From Epithemia pelagica (lineage: Eukaryota > Protista > Bacillariophyta), in contig OX337238.1 of assembly GCA_946965045.2 (NCBI GenBank), positions 2,666,001-2,730,000 on the forward strand: a DNA stretch of 64,000 nucleotides, read 5' to 3'. The notes beneath the pieces were generated by a model that made no database searches, had not been told where the DNA came from, and saw only the letters and a program-made list of their open reading frames with translations. Positions 11,455-22,896 of the stretch are shown in pieces (positions within the stretch are counted from its first letter, which is position 1; the number at the start of each line of letters is the position of its first letter). The translations under genes were made by a program, and so were the position numbers.

Positions 11455-12234
11455 ATGGATACTTATGAGCTTATCACTCCTGTACGACAGATCTATCGAG
11501 CCAAACTGCATCCCGGGCAGCCCGATACCCTGGTGCAGCAGGAACTGGTGCCGACGCCGAAGGCAGCCAACACATCGGTCAACATCTCCGTCGACAGTTC
11601 CAACAGCAACCCATTCGAGACTCCAACCCAGCCTCACGCTCCGATCCCTGCGCCGTTGCTTCGGCCCCCGAGTCCGCCTCGTCGGCTCGTCCCTTCTCGA
11701 TCCCGTCGTACCACCCGGTTGATTGCTGATCATATCAAGTACTTCCGTCAACCAACTTGTTCGACCTTCGATCCCGAGATCATCCGTGGGGAGACCCAGA
11801 TCGAACGCCAGTTCCAATCGGTGACCCACATCGTCGACCAAGAAGACATTGACCGTCTGAACGACCAACTTCATCGTTCTCCGAGGCGTCGCCTCATCTT
11901 GGCCGCCCTCTCGGGCAACCCCATCCGTACTGTCCACCTCCGCTTCCTAACCTTCGAGCGCCCAACTGGATACTACAATACCATCTACGTCGTGAACGCG
12001 ACGACTTGCCCTCTGCCTCCTAACGTTGTACGCCTAGATAACTACGTTGCCTACATCCACGAGGTCCATACCATCGAGGACCATCGTGCAACTATCTACC
12101 CTTTGCGTACCGAGGTCGAGAACCACCTGGCTGAAGGTGATACCCCTTCTTCTGTTGCTTGTGCTGCCCCATCTGAGCCTGGAAACGACTCTGATTATTC
12201 GGAAGAGGGTGGGGATTCGGAGACCGAAGCTTAA
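11455..12234 (+). CDS. Extra ORF upstream of gag-pol in the inner element, unknown function, 259 aa
   Basis: ATG-started, sense-strand, C-rich ORF between the PBS and gag-pol; no motif recognised. Confidence 0.6.
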   Translation: MDTYELITPVRQIYRAKLHPGQPDTLVQQELVPTPKAANTSVNISVDSSNSNPFETPTQPHAPIPAPLLRPPSPPRRLVPSRSRRTTRLIADHIKYFRQPTCSTFDPEIIRGETQIERQFQSVTHIVDQEDIDRLNDQLHRSPRRRLILAALSGNPIRTVHLRFLTFERPTGYYNTIYVVNATTCPLPPNVVRLDNYVAYIHEVHTIEDHRATIYPLRTEVENHLAEGDTPSSVACAAPSEPGNDSDYSEEGGDSETEA

Positions 12235-12554
12235 TTACTCATAGTTAACTCCCGTCCTCTCAAAACCTTTCCAAGACTTAAACTCAACGCACATCCGGGT
12301 ACCCTTGGTCGCACAACACGCCACACATTCCCGTCAAATCGCAAAAATTCGGCGAAAATTTGTTGAAACTCGGCGAAAATTTGTCGGAATCAACGGAAAT
12401 TTCCAGGAGTCGCACATCACAACACACATCCGGGTATCACATACGTGGTACATACGTGGCACACGTGGTACATCCGGGTTCACATCACATCACACATTAA
12501 ATAAACCACATCACACCGCACATTAAATAAACATCGAACCAACCAAATAACACC

Positions 12555-15500
12555 ATGGATCCTCAATCACCCAAGACACCTACGACTCCTAAGGGAGAAG
12601 ATAACCAAGACAATGTCTCGAACACAGACCTATTCGACCACATCATATTTACTGTCTGCCAATTCTTTACCAAAGAAAGGGCCGACTACTTAATGAAGTG
12701 GATGAAATACCATGGTTTTGAGAACATTACCCATGTTATCTCGTATATGCAAACTAATACCGAGGAATCCATGAAGGAACTGACACAATACAAGGTCAAC
12801 AAACAGACACATGATCTACAAGGCCCCACAAGACAGCAGATCAAGCTCTTGGCTTATTGGGCCATATACAAGACCAATGAAATTCAAGACGAGCTATCCA
12901 ATAGCGACTGGATGAACCTAACAAGGAAAGAGTTCAACACTTGGAGGATCAACACAGATTTCTCTAAGGGACCACCTAGCCAAGTTCCAGTCTCGCCAAT
13001 GAAGTCACCGTCATCTGTGAAATCTGTCAGCACAGTTACTGCCGCATCCCAATCTCAACAAGACCTTACAGCATTCAGAAAGGGAACTAAGCGCGACGCA
13101 ACTGCATATGAGGTATTCAAGGATGAACGATACTACGATTCATTCTGGCGTGTATTCAAGACTACAGCTAAGGCTCAAGGCCTATCCAACGTTCTGAATT
13201 TCAAATACACACCACCCCATGATGATGAGTATGCCGAAGAACTTTTTCAAGAGCAACAAGTATTTCTTTACTCCGTTCTTGTCCGTATCATTCAGACTGA
13301 CCAAGGTCGAGCCTATGTACGTGAACATGAACATGATGAAGATGCGCGTGCCGTATTGCAGAAGTTACACTCTTTGCATACCGAATCCGACCTAGCAAAG
13401 CGAGAAGTCCTCCGTTTAACCAACTACATTTCCAATCTACGTCTTGACGACACATGGCGCGGAACAACACGTCAATTTCTTCTACACTTTCAAGAGCAGC
13501 TACGTTTGCTAGACAATCTAGTGACATTGTCTGATCGCATCCCTGATCATACCAGGATGACCTTCCTCATGCAAGCTGTAGAAAAGGTACCTGATCTCCG
13601 CCGAGTCAAGATCTTGGATAATGTGGTGAACACCAAATCCGGTGCAAAATCCCTTTGCTATCAATCATACTTCCGTCTCCTTCTAGACGCAGCTTATGAC
13701 CATGATCAAGCAACCCAGTCATCTGTTCATAGTCGCCGTCGACATGTCAAACAACATGAATCACTATATGGCCAAGATACAGATGCTGACATAACCTCAC
13801 AAGATGATATGGAGTATCATGTCCACAACACCACAGCGACATCTGAATCTCCATCCTCTTCGTCCAAGGTTAGTCTACCGCGTGACCTATGGTTCAAACT
13901 TTCTGAAGAAGATTGCAAGTTGATCATTGAGTATAACAAGATGATTCAAGCACCTTCATCAACAACACCGAGGAAAGTGCAAACACATGCCCTCGACATT
14001 GATCCGGAACCTGATCCTGACCCCAACCAAGTTGCATCTGATGACGACTCACCTGGTGTAGTCCCTGAGCATCCAGATGATTCAGATCCGGTTACACAAT
14101 TTATCAACCAAGCCATGACGACTGATATCAATCACCCGGCAACTGACCTGACTAGTGTTCTTTCTAACGCCAAGTCCAAGACGAGCAAGAAGGTTACTTT
14201 CAAAGCCAACATGCATAAACAAGCAGGACATGTTCCACGCTATTTGTTTTCCAGGAAATCTACTTTACCAGGAAATCAATTGATTGACCGTGGTGCTAAT
14301 GGAGGACTTGCTGGTTCTGACATGCGCATCCTTTCTAAGACTGGCCGCCATATCACTATTGTGGGTATTGATAACCATGAACTTACTGGACTTCCTGTTG
14401 TCACATGTGCCGCAAAGTTTGAGACCAATGATGGACCTATTGTCGGCATCTTCAATGAATATGCTTATTATGGAAAGGGCTTATCTATCCATGCTCCTGG
14501 TCAATTTGAGCATTTCGGACTTGCTGTTGATGAACGATCTGTTAAAGTTGATGGTAAACAACGCATCACTACACTTGATGGTCGTGCTATACCCCTTCAC
14601 ATCAAGGATGGGTTAGCCTACATCCACTCCTTGGGTATCCCCAGCGACAATGACATGGATACCTTACCTCAGATTATCTTCACGTCACCCGACACATGGG
14701 ATCCTGGTGTTCTGGACCATTCGTATTCTCCTACACCCTCTGACAATGATGCTGATTGGAAACACGTAAAGACTGATGGTAGTATGTCGAACCATCCATA
14801 TGACAACTATGGGGAGTACACTGATCGTGTTGTTTGTAACCTCAATCTCCTTTTGGATCTCCCATACGATCATGGACCTGACGACGCACCCTTCTTTTCT
14901 ATCTATGCTGACGCAGAAGGTAATGATCCTACACTTCATGCCTCTGTCCACCGTCGTTACCAGGAAGCGTATGACTGGAAGAAGTTCCGTCCATTCTTTG
15001 GTTGGCAATCTGAAGACGTTATTGCCGATACGTTCAAGCACACTACACGTAATGGTAGCATTACTTTTGACCACGACACCCTCAAGAAACATTTCAAGGC
15101 CCGCAATCCGGTCCTGAATATACCTCGACGCCATGAACCCGTTGCTACTGACTCGGTTTTCTCCGACACTCCTGCTGTTGACCATGGCGGTAAAGTCGCA
15201 CAAATCTTTGTTGGTCGAGATACTCTGGTTACTGATATCTATGGGATCAAGTCAACCAAACAGTTTGTCAATACTCTTCAGGACAACATCCGTTTTCGTG
15301 GTGCCATGGAGACTCTTATCAGTGATGGTGGTTCATCTCTCATCTCTCAAAAGGTCAAAGACATTCTTCGCACTTTGCTTATTGGGGAGTATCGATCCGA
15401 ACCTTATCATCAACACCAGAATAAGGCTGAAAACCGTTACCAGACCGTTAAACGTATGACCAACGCTCTCATGAATGCCACTGGTTGCCCTGCCAACACC

Positions 15501-18242
15501 TGGCTTCTTTGCCTTGAGTATGTCTGTGACTTATTGAACCATACGTCATCACCCACCCATTCCGGTCGCACTCCTCTTGAGGCTCTCTCCGGACGCCCAC
15601 CCGACATTACTCATCTCTTGTTCTTTCCTTTCTGGGATGAGGTTTACTACCGTGTCGACCCCGCTGAACCCAATTCTGGTTCATATCCATCTTCTTCTGA
15701 TGAGAAACTTGGCCACTGGGTTGGTTTTGCTCACAACGTTGGTGATTCTTTTACTTGGAAGATTCTCACCCAGGATAACCAGATCATCTACCGTTCTGCC
15801 GTTCGCCGTGTTGAATCCACTACACCTAACCTACGTGTGGATCGACCTTCAGGGGAGGATTCGTCTGAGAAGGATGACAATGATAAGCAAGCTGACACTG
15901 TCTTCATTCGCAGTGATAGTGAAGATCCATCCAAACCAATGCCCACGATCGATTTTGACGACATGATAGGACGCACATTCCTATGCGACACAGAAGAAAA
16001 TGGGGAGCGACACCGTGCACGTGTCATCAAACGAGTCATTGATCTTAATGAAGAAGCAACGAAACAGGAAGAACGTGTCAAGTACATCTACCGAAAGACA
16101 AATTCTGATGTTGATGAGATGATATCCTATAATCAACTCATGGAGTATATCGAACGAGATAACCAAGCTCAAACCTCTGGAGATAATCTTTTCAGGTTCA
16201 GGGACGTCATTGCCCATCAAGGCCCACTGAACACAACTGATCCAGATTACAAGGGGAGCAAATATAATTTGCTTGTTGATTGGGAAACTGGGGAGACTAC
16301 CTATGAACCTTTATCACTCATCGCCAATGATGATCCGATCACTGTAGCAATTTATGGAAAGAAACATGGTTTACTCAACGAACCTGGATGGAAGCATTTG
16401 AAACGTTATGTCAAAACAAGCAAACGTCTCATTCGAGCAGCCAAACAGTCAAGGATTAAACAAGTTCACCATTCCGTCAAGTATAAGTTTGGATTCCAAG
16501 TACCACGCAATTATGAGGAAGCTGTCGCTCTTGATAAACAACATGGCAACACAAAGTGGCAGGATGCAACAGAATTAGAATTGTCACAGATCCAGTCCTA
16601 CAAGACATTCAAGGATTTTGGGAAAGCCATCTTCATTAAAGGGAAAGTATCCAATGCACCTGAAGGATATCATAAGATACGTGTACATCTTGTCTTTGAC
16701 GTAAAACATGATGGACGACATAAAGCAAGACTTGTCGCAGATGGACATCTCACAAAAGAACCTGTTGAGACAATCTATTCAGGTGTTGTTTCCATTCGCA
16801 ACCTCCGCATTGCCTTATTCCTGGGTACTTTGAATGACTTGGAAATATGGGGAGCAGATATTGGAAATGCATATCTGGAAGCCTTGACAGGGGAGAAAAT
16901 TTTCATTGTCGCAGGACCTGAATTCAAGGAATTAGAAGGTCACATCCTGATTATATACAAGGCACTTTATGGATTGAAGTCATCAGGCGCACGCTGGCAT
17001 GATGTCTTATTCGATGTTTTGACAGACATGGGATTTTCACCAAGCAAAGCAGATCCGGATATCTGGATGAGGAAAGCACCTGGAGAAGACTGTTACAAAT
17101 ACATTGCCGTATACGTTGATGACTTAGCCATTATTTCTACTGATCCTGGGAATATCTGCAAGATCCTGAAGGAGAAATACAACTTCAAACTCAAAGGAGA
17201 TGGACCTATTGATTTCCACTTGGGATGTTGTTACACCAAGGATTCTGATGGAACATTAGTAGCAGATCCAAGACGCTACATTGGTAAGATGATGGACACT
17301 TTCGAACGAATCTTCAAGGAGAAACCCAAGAAAGCCAAAACACCTCTTATTGGTGGAGACCATCCTGAATTGGATGATTCTGAGCTCCTTGATGAAGAAG
17401 GTACAAGCCATTTCCAAACTCTGATTGGACAACTCCAATGGGTGATCACTATTGGTCGTTTCGACGTCTTCACCGCTACAATGACGCTATCACGCTTTCG
17501 TGCTGCTCCGAGGAAAGGACATCTTGATAGAGCCAAGCGTATCTATGGATACCTTGCACATCTACCAGAAGGCGCAATCAGATTTAGGATTGGAGAGCCT
17601 GATTATTCAAGTCTTCCTACCCAAGAATTTGATTGGACTCGCACTGTCTATTCGAATGCAAGTGAACGTATTCCTGAAGACTGCCCAACACCTCTTGGCC
17701 GCTATGTTACCACAACTCATTATGTTGATGCCAATCTCATGCATGACATAGTCACTGGTAAATCCGTCACTGCTGTTCTACATTTGTTGAACGGAACACC
17801 TATTGACTGGTACAGCAAGAGACAGAGCACGGTGGAAACTGCTACCTATGGATCCGAGTTTGTGGCTGCAAGGACAGCAATAGATCAGATTACAGAATTA
17901 CGACATTCTCTCCGCTACCTTGGAGTACCTATCCGAGAGCGAAGTTACATGTACGGAGATAACAGATCTGTTGTGCTCAATGCAACCGTTCCTCATTCCA
18001 TACTATCCAAGAGACACCATCTTCTGTCATACCACCGAGTTCGTGAAGCCATCGCAGCAAAGTATGTTGCATTCTACTGGAAAGATGGAAAGACCAACCC
18101 TGCCGATATCCTTAGCAAACATTGGGATATTGTATCTATTTGGCCCATGCTCAAGCCATTGTTGTTTTGGAAAGGAGAAGTTCAAGACCTCAACAAATCC
18201 AATGATGACAAGGCTGAAACGACGAGTTGTGGGGAGTGTTAG
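12555..18242 (+). CDS. gag-pol: Gag-Pol polyprotein (gag, PR, IN, RT, RNase H), 1895 aa
   Basis: Protease LIDRGANGG, integrase TDSVFSD..ISDGG..KAENRYQTVK, RT IAVYVDDL, and RNase H YVDANL..YGSEF..GDN..NPADILSK. Confidence 0.97.
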   Translation: MDPQSPKTPTTPKGEDNQDNVSNTDLFDHIIFTVCQFFTKERADYLMKWMKYHGFENITHVISYMQTNTEESMKELTQYKVNKQTHDLQGPTRQQIKLLAYWAIYKTNEIQDELSNSDWMNLTRKEFNTWRINTDFSKGPPSQVPVSPMKSPSSVKSVSTVTAASQSQQDLTAFRKGTKRDATAYEVFKDERYYDSFWRVFKTTAKAQGLSNVLNFKYTPPHDDEYAEELFQEQQVFLYSVLVRIIQTDQGRAYVREHEHDEDARAVLQKLHSLHTESDLAKREVLRLTNYISNLRLDDTWRGTTRQFLLHFQEQLRLLDNLVTLSDRIPDHTRMTFLMQAVEKVPDLRRVKILDNVVNTKSGAKSLCYQSYFRLLLDAAYDHDQATQSSVHSRRRHVKQHESLYGQDTDADITSQDDMEYHVHNTTATSESPSSSSKVSLPRDLWFKLSEEDCKLIIEYNKMIQAPSSTTPRKVQTHALDIDPEPDPDPNQVASDDDSPGVVPEHPDDSDPVTQFINQAMTTDINHPATDLTSVLSNAKSKTSKKVTFKANMHKQAGHVPRYLFSRKSTLPGNQLIDRGANGGLAGSDMRILSKTGRHITIVGIDNHELTGLPVVTCAAKFETNDGPIVGIFNEYAYYGKGLSIHAPGQFEHFGLAVDERSVKVDGKQRITTLDGRAIPLHIKDGLAYIHSLGIPSDNDMDTLPQIIFTSPDTWDPGVLDHSYSPTPSDNDADWKHVKTDGSMSNHPYDNYGEYTDRVVCNLNLLLDLPYDHGPDDAPFFSIYADAEGNDPTLHASVHRRYQEAYDWKKFRPFFGWQSEDVIADTFKHTTRNGSITFDHDTLKKHFKARNPVLNIPRRHEPVATDSVFSDTPAVDHGGKVAQIFVGRDTLVTDIYGIKSTKQFVNTLQDNIRFRGAMETLISDGGSSLISQKVKDILRTLLIGEYRSEPYHQHQNKAENRYQTVKRMTNALMNATGCPANTWLLCLEYVCDLLNHTSSPTHSGRTPLEALSGRPPDITHLLFFPFWDEVYYRVDPAEPNSGSYPSSSDEKLGHWVGFAHNVGDSFTWKILTQDNQIIYRSAVRRVESTTPNLRVDRPSGEDSSEKDDNDKQADTVFIRSDSEDPSKPMPTIDFDDMIGRTFLCDTEENGERHRARVIKRVIDLNEEATKQEERVKYIYRKTNSDVDEMISYNQLMEYIERDNQAQTSGDNLFRFRDVIAHQGPLNTTDPDYKGSKYNLLVDWETGETTYEPLSLIANDDPITVAIYGKKHGLLNEPGWKHLKRYVKTSKRLIRAAKQSRIKQVHHSVKYKFGFQVPRNYEEAVALDKQHGNTKWQDATELELSQIQSYKTFKDFGKAIFIKGKVSNAPEGYHKIRVHLVFDVKHDGRHKARLVADGHLTKEPVETIYSGVVSIRNLRIALFLGTLNDLEIWGADIGNAYLEALTGEKIFIVAGPEFKELEGHILIIYKALYGLKSSGARWHDVLFDVLTDMGFSPSKADPDIWMRKAPGEDCYKYIAVYVDDLAIISTDPGNICKILKEKYNFKLKGDGPIDFHLGCCYTKDSDGTLVADPRRYIGKMMDTFERIFKEKPKKAKTPLIGGDHPELDDSELLDEEGTSHFQTLIGQLQWVITIGRFDVFTATMTLSRFRAAPRKGHLDRAKRIYGYLAHLPEGAIRFRIGEPDYSSLPTQEFDWTRTVYSNASERIPEDCPTPLGRYVTTTHYVDANLMHDIVTGKSVTAVLHLLNGTPIDWYSKRQSTVETATYGSEFVAARTAIDQITELRHSLRYLGVPIRERSYMYGDNRSVVLNATVPHSILSKRHHLLSYHRVREAIAAKYVAFYWKDGKTNPADILSKHWDIVSIWPMLKPLLFWKGEVQDLNKSNDDKAETTSCGEC

Positions 18243-19019
18243 AATTCTCACCGTCTATGGTGGTTAGATTCTACATCTCATCGATTCCCCATGTCACATA
18301 GCCTCGTGCTATCGCATCATGCCATCTAGCTTCGAGCTATGTTCCCTAGCTTCGCGCTATATCGACCTATATTTCTTCGCAAATCATGAAAAGTGAGAAT
18401 AGATTGACGAACTCACTCTCAAGACTAAACTGGGTCGTGCGGTATTACAACGGATGTAAATTTGGCCGTTGCTCGGACATTATACTAACGCCCTAAGCGT
18501 ACGCGCCCGAAATCATCGAGCGCGCCCAAGCGACATCCGAGCGCTGTCGGCATCTATCCGACCCAACGGTCTAAGTATCCCAAGCACGACACACGATCAC
18601 GCGAGACCATATTTCCATTCCCACAATCTCCAAATTGTCAACAAGCTGCGCGCCATGAAAACAACTATGCCAACCCAAAGCAAGAGCTGTTGACCCTGTA
18701 TATGTTATCCGTCCACATATACATGTCATATACATCACATGAATCGACTCCAACTATTCCAAACCTGTTGCCGCCAAGAACCTATGACACATGACCCTTG
18801 ACAGGACCGAACATTTCACGTAGACCTATCGTAGTAATCAACACACAATCTAACAATATCACCATTTATCACATCTTCTTTTGTGTCCCGACTATCCTTC
18901 TGATAGACTTCGACTTGCTTGCTTCTCTGACCCTGAGAAGCTTGTATCGGTTGGTGACCTACCTGATTGTCTGCTCTACCGAGCATCAATGTCCCTACGA
19001 TTCAGAAAGAATTGTAACA
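18237..19019 (+). repeat. Inner element 3' LTR
   Basis: Copy of 10636-11418, preceded by the PPT. Confidence 0.97.
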
Positions 19020-19024
19020 ACTCC

Positions 19025-20439
19025 TAGAAGTCGATTATGAAGCATATGCCCCTTATCTAACATATGAGAAGGGCGAGCCGGTTATATATGTGGAAATGTT
19101 GAAGGCTCTTTACGGGACGTTGCGTGCAGCTCGTCTCTTCTGGGAAAAATTGACCGTGGTGCTCAAAAGTTGGGGATTTCAAATCAACCCCTATGATTCA
19201 TGCGTTGCCAACAAAACAATCAACAACAAACAATGCACGGTAACTTGGCACATTGACGATCTGAAAATATCGCATGTGGACGGTGCCGTTGTGACCAAAT
19301 TTATTGAGGACCTCAAAGCAGAGTTTGGACAGTTGGGAGAAATCTCCGTGTCGGAAGGGACAAGGCACGACTATTTGGGCATGTTCTTAGACTATGGAGA
19401 AGATGGGGTTGTGCAGGTGGACATGAGATCCTACCTGGACACCATTTTGATCTCGCTACCAAAAGAATGGATCGGTAAAGCACGGTCACCCGCTGCTAAG
19501 CATTTATATCATACGGACCCGAACGCTCGAAAACTCAATGAGGAGGAGGCGGATCGATTCCACAGTGTAACAATGCAGTTAGCGTACATGGCGCAAAGAG
19601 GACGCCCAGATATACGCACTGCTGTGGCTTTTTTGAGCACTCGTGTCATGAATCCAGACGTTGACGATCAGAGAAAACTCGGTCGGGTTCTCAAGTACCT
19701 ACAATCAACCAAGGATCTGATCCTACGACTAGAGGGTGATGGTTCTGGAACACTCTGTTGGTGGGTGGATGCCTCCTTCGCTACTCACTCAGACATGAAA
19801 GGACAGACCGGCGGAGTAATGACTATGGGCAAGGGTGCCGTCATGACGGCCTCATCAAAACAAAAACTTGTGGCGCGAAGTTCAACCGAATGTGAGTTGA
19901 TAGGCGTGCACGACGTGTTACCGTCAATGTTATGGAGCCAGAACTTTCTGAGAGCCCAAGGACATGAAATAAAGAACGTTGTCCTGCACCAGGACAATCA
20001 GAGCAGTATCCTACTGGAAAGAAACGGTCGGTTGTCGAGCTCGAAAAGAACCAAACACATCAATCTACGATATTTTTATATCACAGATTGTATTCGCCGA
20101 AAGGACGTGAGTGTGCGTTTCTGTCCGACGGATGAGATGATCGCTGATTTCTTTACAAAACCGTTGCAGGGTCAAGCTTTTTATCGCCTGCGGGATATCA
20201 TCATGAATGTGGTCCCGAGTAGTAAGTATCACTCCTCGGCCCAAAGGAGTGTGTTGAGGATATGTGACCAGGCGACGAGTAGCAGCGAGCAAGCCGCGAC
20301 TAAAGAGAGTGATTCGGAAGCAAAGGATCCAAACTTGAATGATGAAGATGCCGAAGCATGGACTTTAGTCCGTCGACGTGGCAAAAGCAACATTAGGCAA
20401 GATGAACAAGCAAGTGTTCATTCTAAGGAGATTACGTAG
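19025..20439 (+). pseudogene. pol: Outer RT 3' part plus RNase H; the ORF runs into the 3' LTR
   Basis: KALYGTL, TWHIDDLKISH, WWVDASFATH..STECE..DNQS..MIADFFTKPL. The stop codon lies 188 nt inside the LTR. Confidence 0.9.
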
Positions 20440-20494
20440 TTCGATAAGCCTATAAAGAGTTGCTTTTACGGCACGGCTTGTTTGAGTTTTAACA
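20252..20494 (+). repeat. Outer element 3' LTR
   Basis: Copy of 5838-6080, followed by TSD gacaa. Confidence 0.97.
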
Positions 20495-21320
20495 GACAAT
20501 CCCATTTCGAGGGAAGCTTGGCCTCAGAAGTGGAGGCAATGATGGAGGTTTGAGTAACGTTCTCTTGATTCTGGTTATCATCGTCGTCGTTTTCGACTGG
20601 GAAGGTGACGATGTCTCCAGAATGGCGGCTGCTGGTGAAAGAGTCCTGCTATCCGCCGCCCAACTACGGGCAAGATTTTGATCTTGCGGCGAACAGTGTC
20701 CATGCCGTCATCGGCGTCTTCCATCGACCATGGATCGGTTTTGGAATGCAAGTGAGGAGAACATTGAAGTGGTTGTCATCTTGATTCTCGTAAACAGCTC
20801 CAGAATCCAGAACGGCAACGACAAGGAGCAGCCACCATCCACCATGGCATGTCATGGGTAAGAATGATTCCCCATCGACTTGGAGGGACTCGGACTTCGG
20901 ACTTTTGCGGGTCCACAGGCTCGCGCGGGCTTTTGAACAACACGGGCCCCTGCTACCAGTGCTATGTGGTGAGTATCCTCGAGCAATCGCAACCCCGATC
21001 TATCTACATAGCCTATTACTCCTCTTATGACAAAGCCTTTGGCTCCTGACAGTCCATGAGCAAGTTTCTACCATCCATTGACGCCATCTGAACAAGGACT
21101 CCTTCTTCGGACACTTCTTGAAACCAAGTTTGGTGTGGTTCGTAGCTCGTACTCTAGCTAGCTAGTGAGGGTGAAAAACGAGCCAGGTCACGATACGATT
21201 ATCCGTCAGTCCGTCCGTCAGACACCGAACGCCAAGATCAACAAAACACTGCCCACAAAAGACAAAAGAACGACGAGTGACAGACACACGCCGTTGTCAT
21301 GCGATAAGAGTGAATGCACC

Positions 21321-22235
21321 ATGAGCCTGACACTGAAAGAACAAGCATGGCAGTCAGGCCTTGTCCTTTTCGACGAGACGGCAGCATGGAATGAAAACAA
21401 CTGGCCTCCTCTCCCGGGTGGATGGCGTCGCGATCATACTACAGTCGTACTTGATCATCCTGATACGGACAACGACAAAGACAACAAGAGACAACAAATT
21501 GTCGTCGTGTTGGGCGGATATGGTCAAGGCGAGCTCGATTCCATTTTTGTATTGAATTTATCAGACCCAAACAAACAGTGGCGAGAAGGTCCGCCCATGA
21601 GCAAGAAACGTGACGAACTTGCCGCTGTTGTCTGCAATGGAGGCATTTACGTGGTGGGAGGATACAGTGAAGGTTCATGTTTGAGTTGCATGGAGCGGAT
21701 TGATGCCAATGATTTGCTGCAATCATCTTTAACAAACAGCAACACAAATGAGAGCCATTGGACGACATTGAATTGTCGCTTGTCAACGCGACGACGAGCA
21801 TGTCGAGAAGTTGCGGTTCACAACCAATATATTGTTGTAGTGGGTGGCTACAACGATTGCTATTTGTCGTCGGTGGATATTATTGATACCACCAGGAACC
21901 ACACTGTCACTGCGGGACCGTCCTTGACTGTTCCACGACGATGGTGTTCCAGTGCGGTCGTTGTTCAACGCATCTTTGTCGTTGGAGGCCATGACGAGGA
22001 TGCCTATCTTGCTGTGACAATGATGAGATCAAAAGGGAGACTGATTCCACATTCATTTCTTTCTCGTCCACCTGGATGACTCATTCTGATTTGGTGCTTT
22101 CCAATGCACGAAGTTCTTGTGCAATGGTTGCCGTGGGATCTTGTCTGGTGGTGGCGGGAGGAAGAGGTAATTCAACCGTGGAAGTATTGGATCCGTTTCG
22201 AATGGTCTCAGTTTCGGGAAGGCATGGGTATCGGA
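21321..22235 (+). pseudogene. Divergent plus-strand Kelch pseudogene (K2)
   Basis: Starts MSLTLKEQAWQSGL with four blades in frame. It frameshifts near 22010; blade 5 (ARSSCAMVAVGSCLVVAGG..VEVLD) continues in another frame and then breaks off. Confidence 0.8.
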
Positions 22236-22896
22236 GATGCTGATATTTCACGCTTTTGCACCTCGACATCCTCTCGTAAAGGAGCAAAAGGCCCAAGACG
22301 CGCCCTGGTGATTAAGGAAAACATGAATCCAGAAATGTGCAGTACTCCTACATTGCATTTATGTCCTGCAATGGAGAAGCTATAGCATAATCATTTTGTT
22401 TTCCAACACTTTTCTTGTTTTTATGACATCGTTAACTATTGAGATATCATGTCTTCGTTGTACTACCTACAAAAAATGAAATGTTACAGCGTCTGGCAGG
22501 ACACTGCCATCCTCCGCAAACAGGAGTGGAGCCTGGCTCTTGGGTGCATGTCCATGGTACCATGCCTCTCTGTGCTGTTGAATGGGTCGAGTTATCGTGC
22601 TGTGGAACATCATGGTTGTGCGCCTAAAACACTACTCCTACCTACTCCTACCAAAACTAAAGACAAGGTGTTTTACCACATAGGGTAGACAACCTAGCAT
22701 GTAGATCCATCTGCGACCACCTAAAAGATTTTCGCGGTTCAGCCTTTGAAAGTGCGACCTCAATTCTGATAGATCGATCGTCTATTTCATAGGAGTATTT
22801 CAGCTGCCGCGGTTCATCTCCATGTTGAAAGAAGAGGTAGACTTGATCGTAGAGAACCTTTCTTTATAAGAGAATCGCCTTGTCAGCTAAATTGTC

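Larger units (their letters stand above)
10636..19019 (+). mobile_element. Inner, apparently intact Ty1/copia (CoDi-like) LTR retrotransposon
   Basis: 783-bp TG..CA LTRs with one mismatch seen (10892 T vs 18493 C). TSD ACTCC (10631-10635 / 19020-19024), PPT ggggag (18231-18236) and an uninterrupted 1895-aa polyprotein. Confidence 0.98.
5838..20494 (+). mobile_element. Outer Ty1/copia (CoDi-like) LTR retrotransposon, disrupted by a nested insertion
   Basis: Identical 243-bp TG..CA LTRs and TSD GACAA (5833-5837 / 20495-20499). Domain order gag-PR-IN-RT-RH. The empty site (acgaacgctgacaatcccatttcg) is present in a paralogous spacer near 52520. Confidence 0.97.

Noticed and set aside
10868-18753. 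Duplicated small ORFs at 10868/18469 and 10970/18571, and the ORF at 5678-6025
   Set aside because: They are duplicated only because they lie in LTRs. The 5678-6025 frame is a chimera of flank and the pol tail carried in the LTR.
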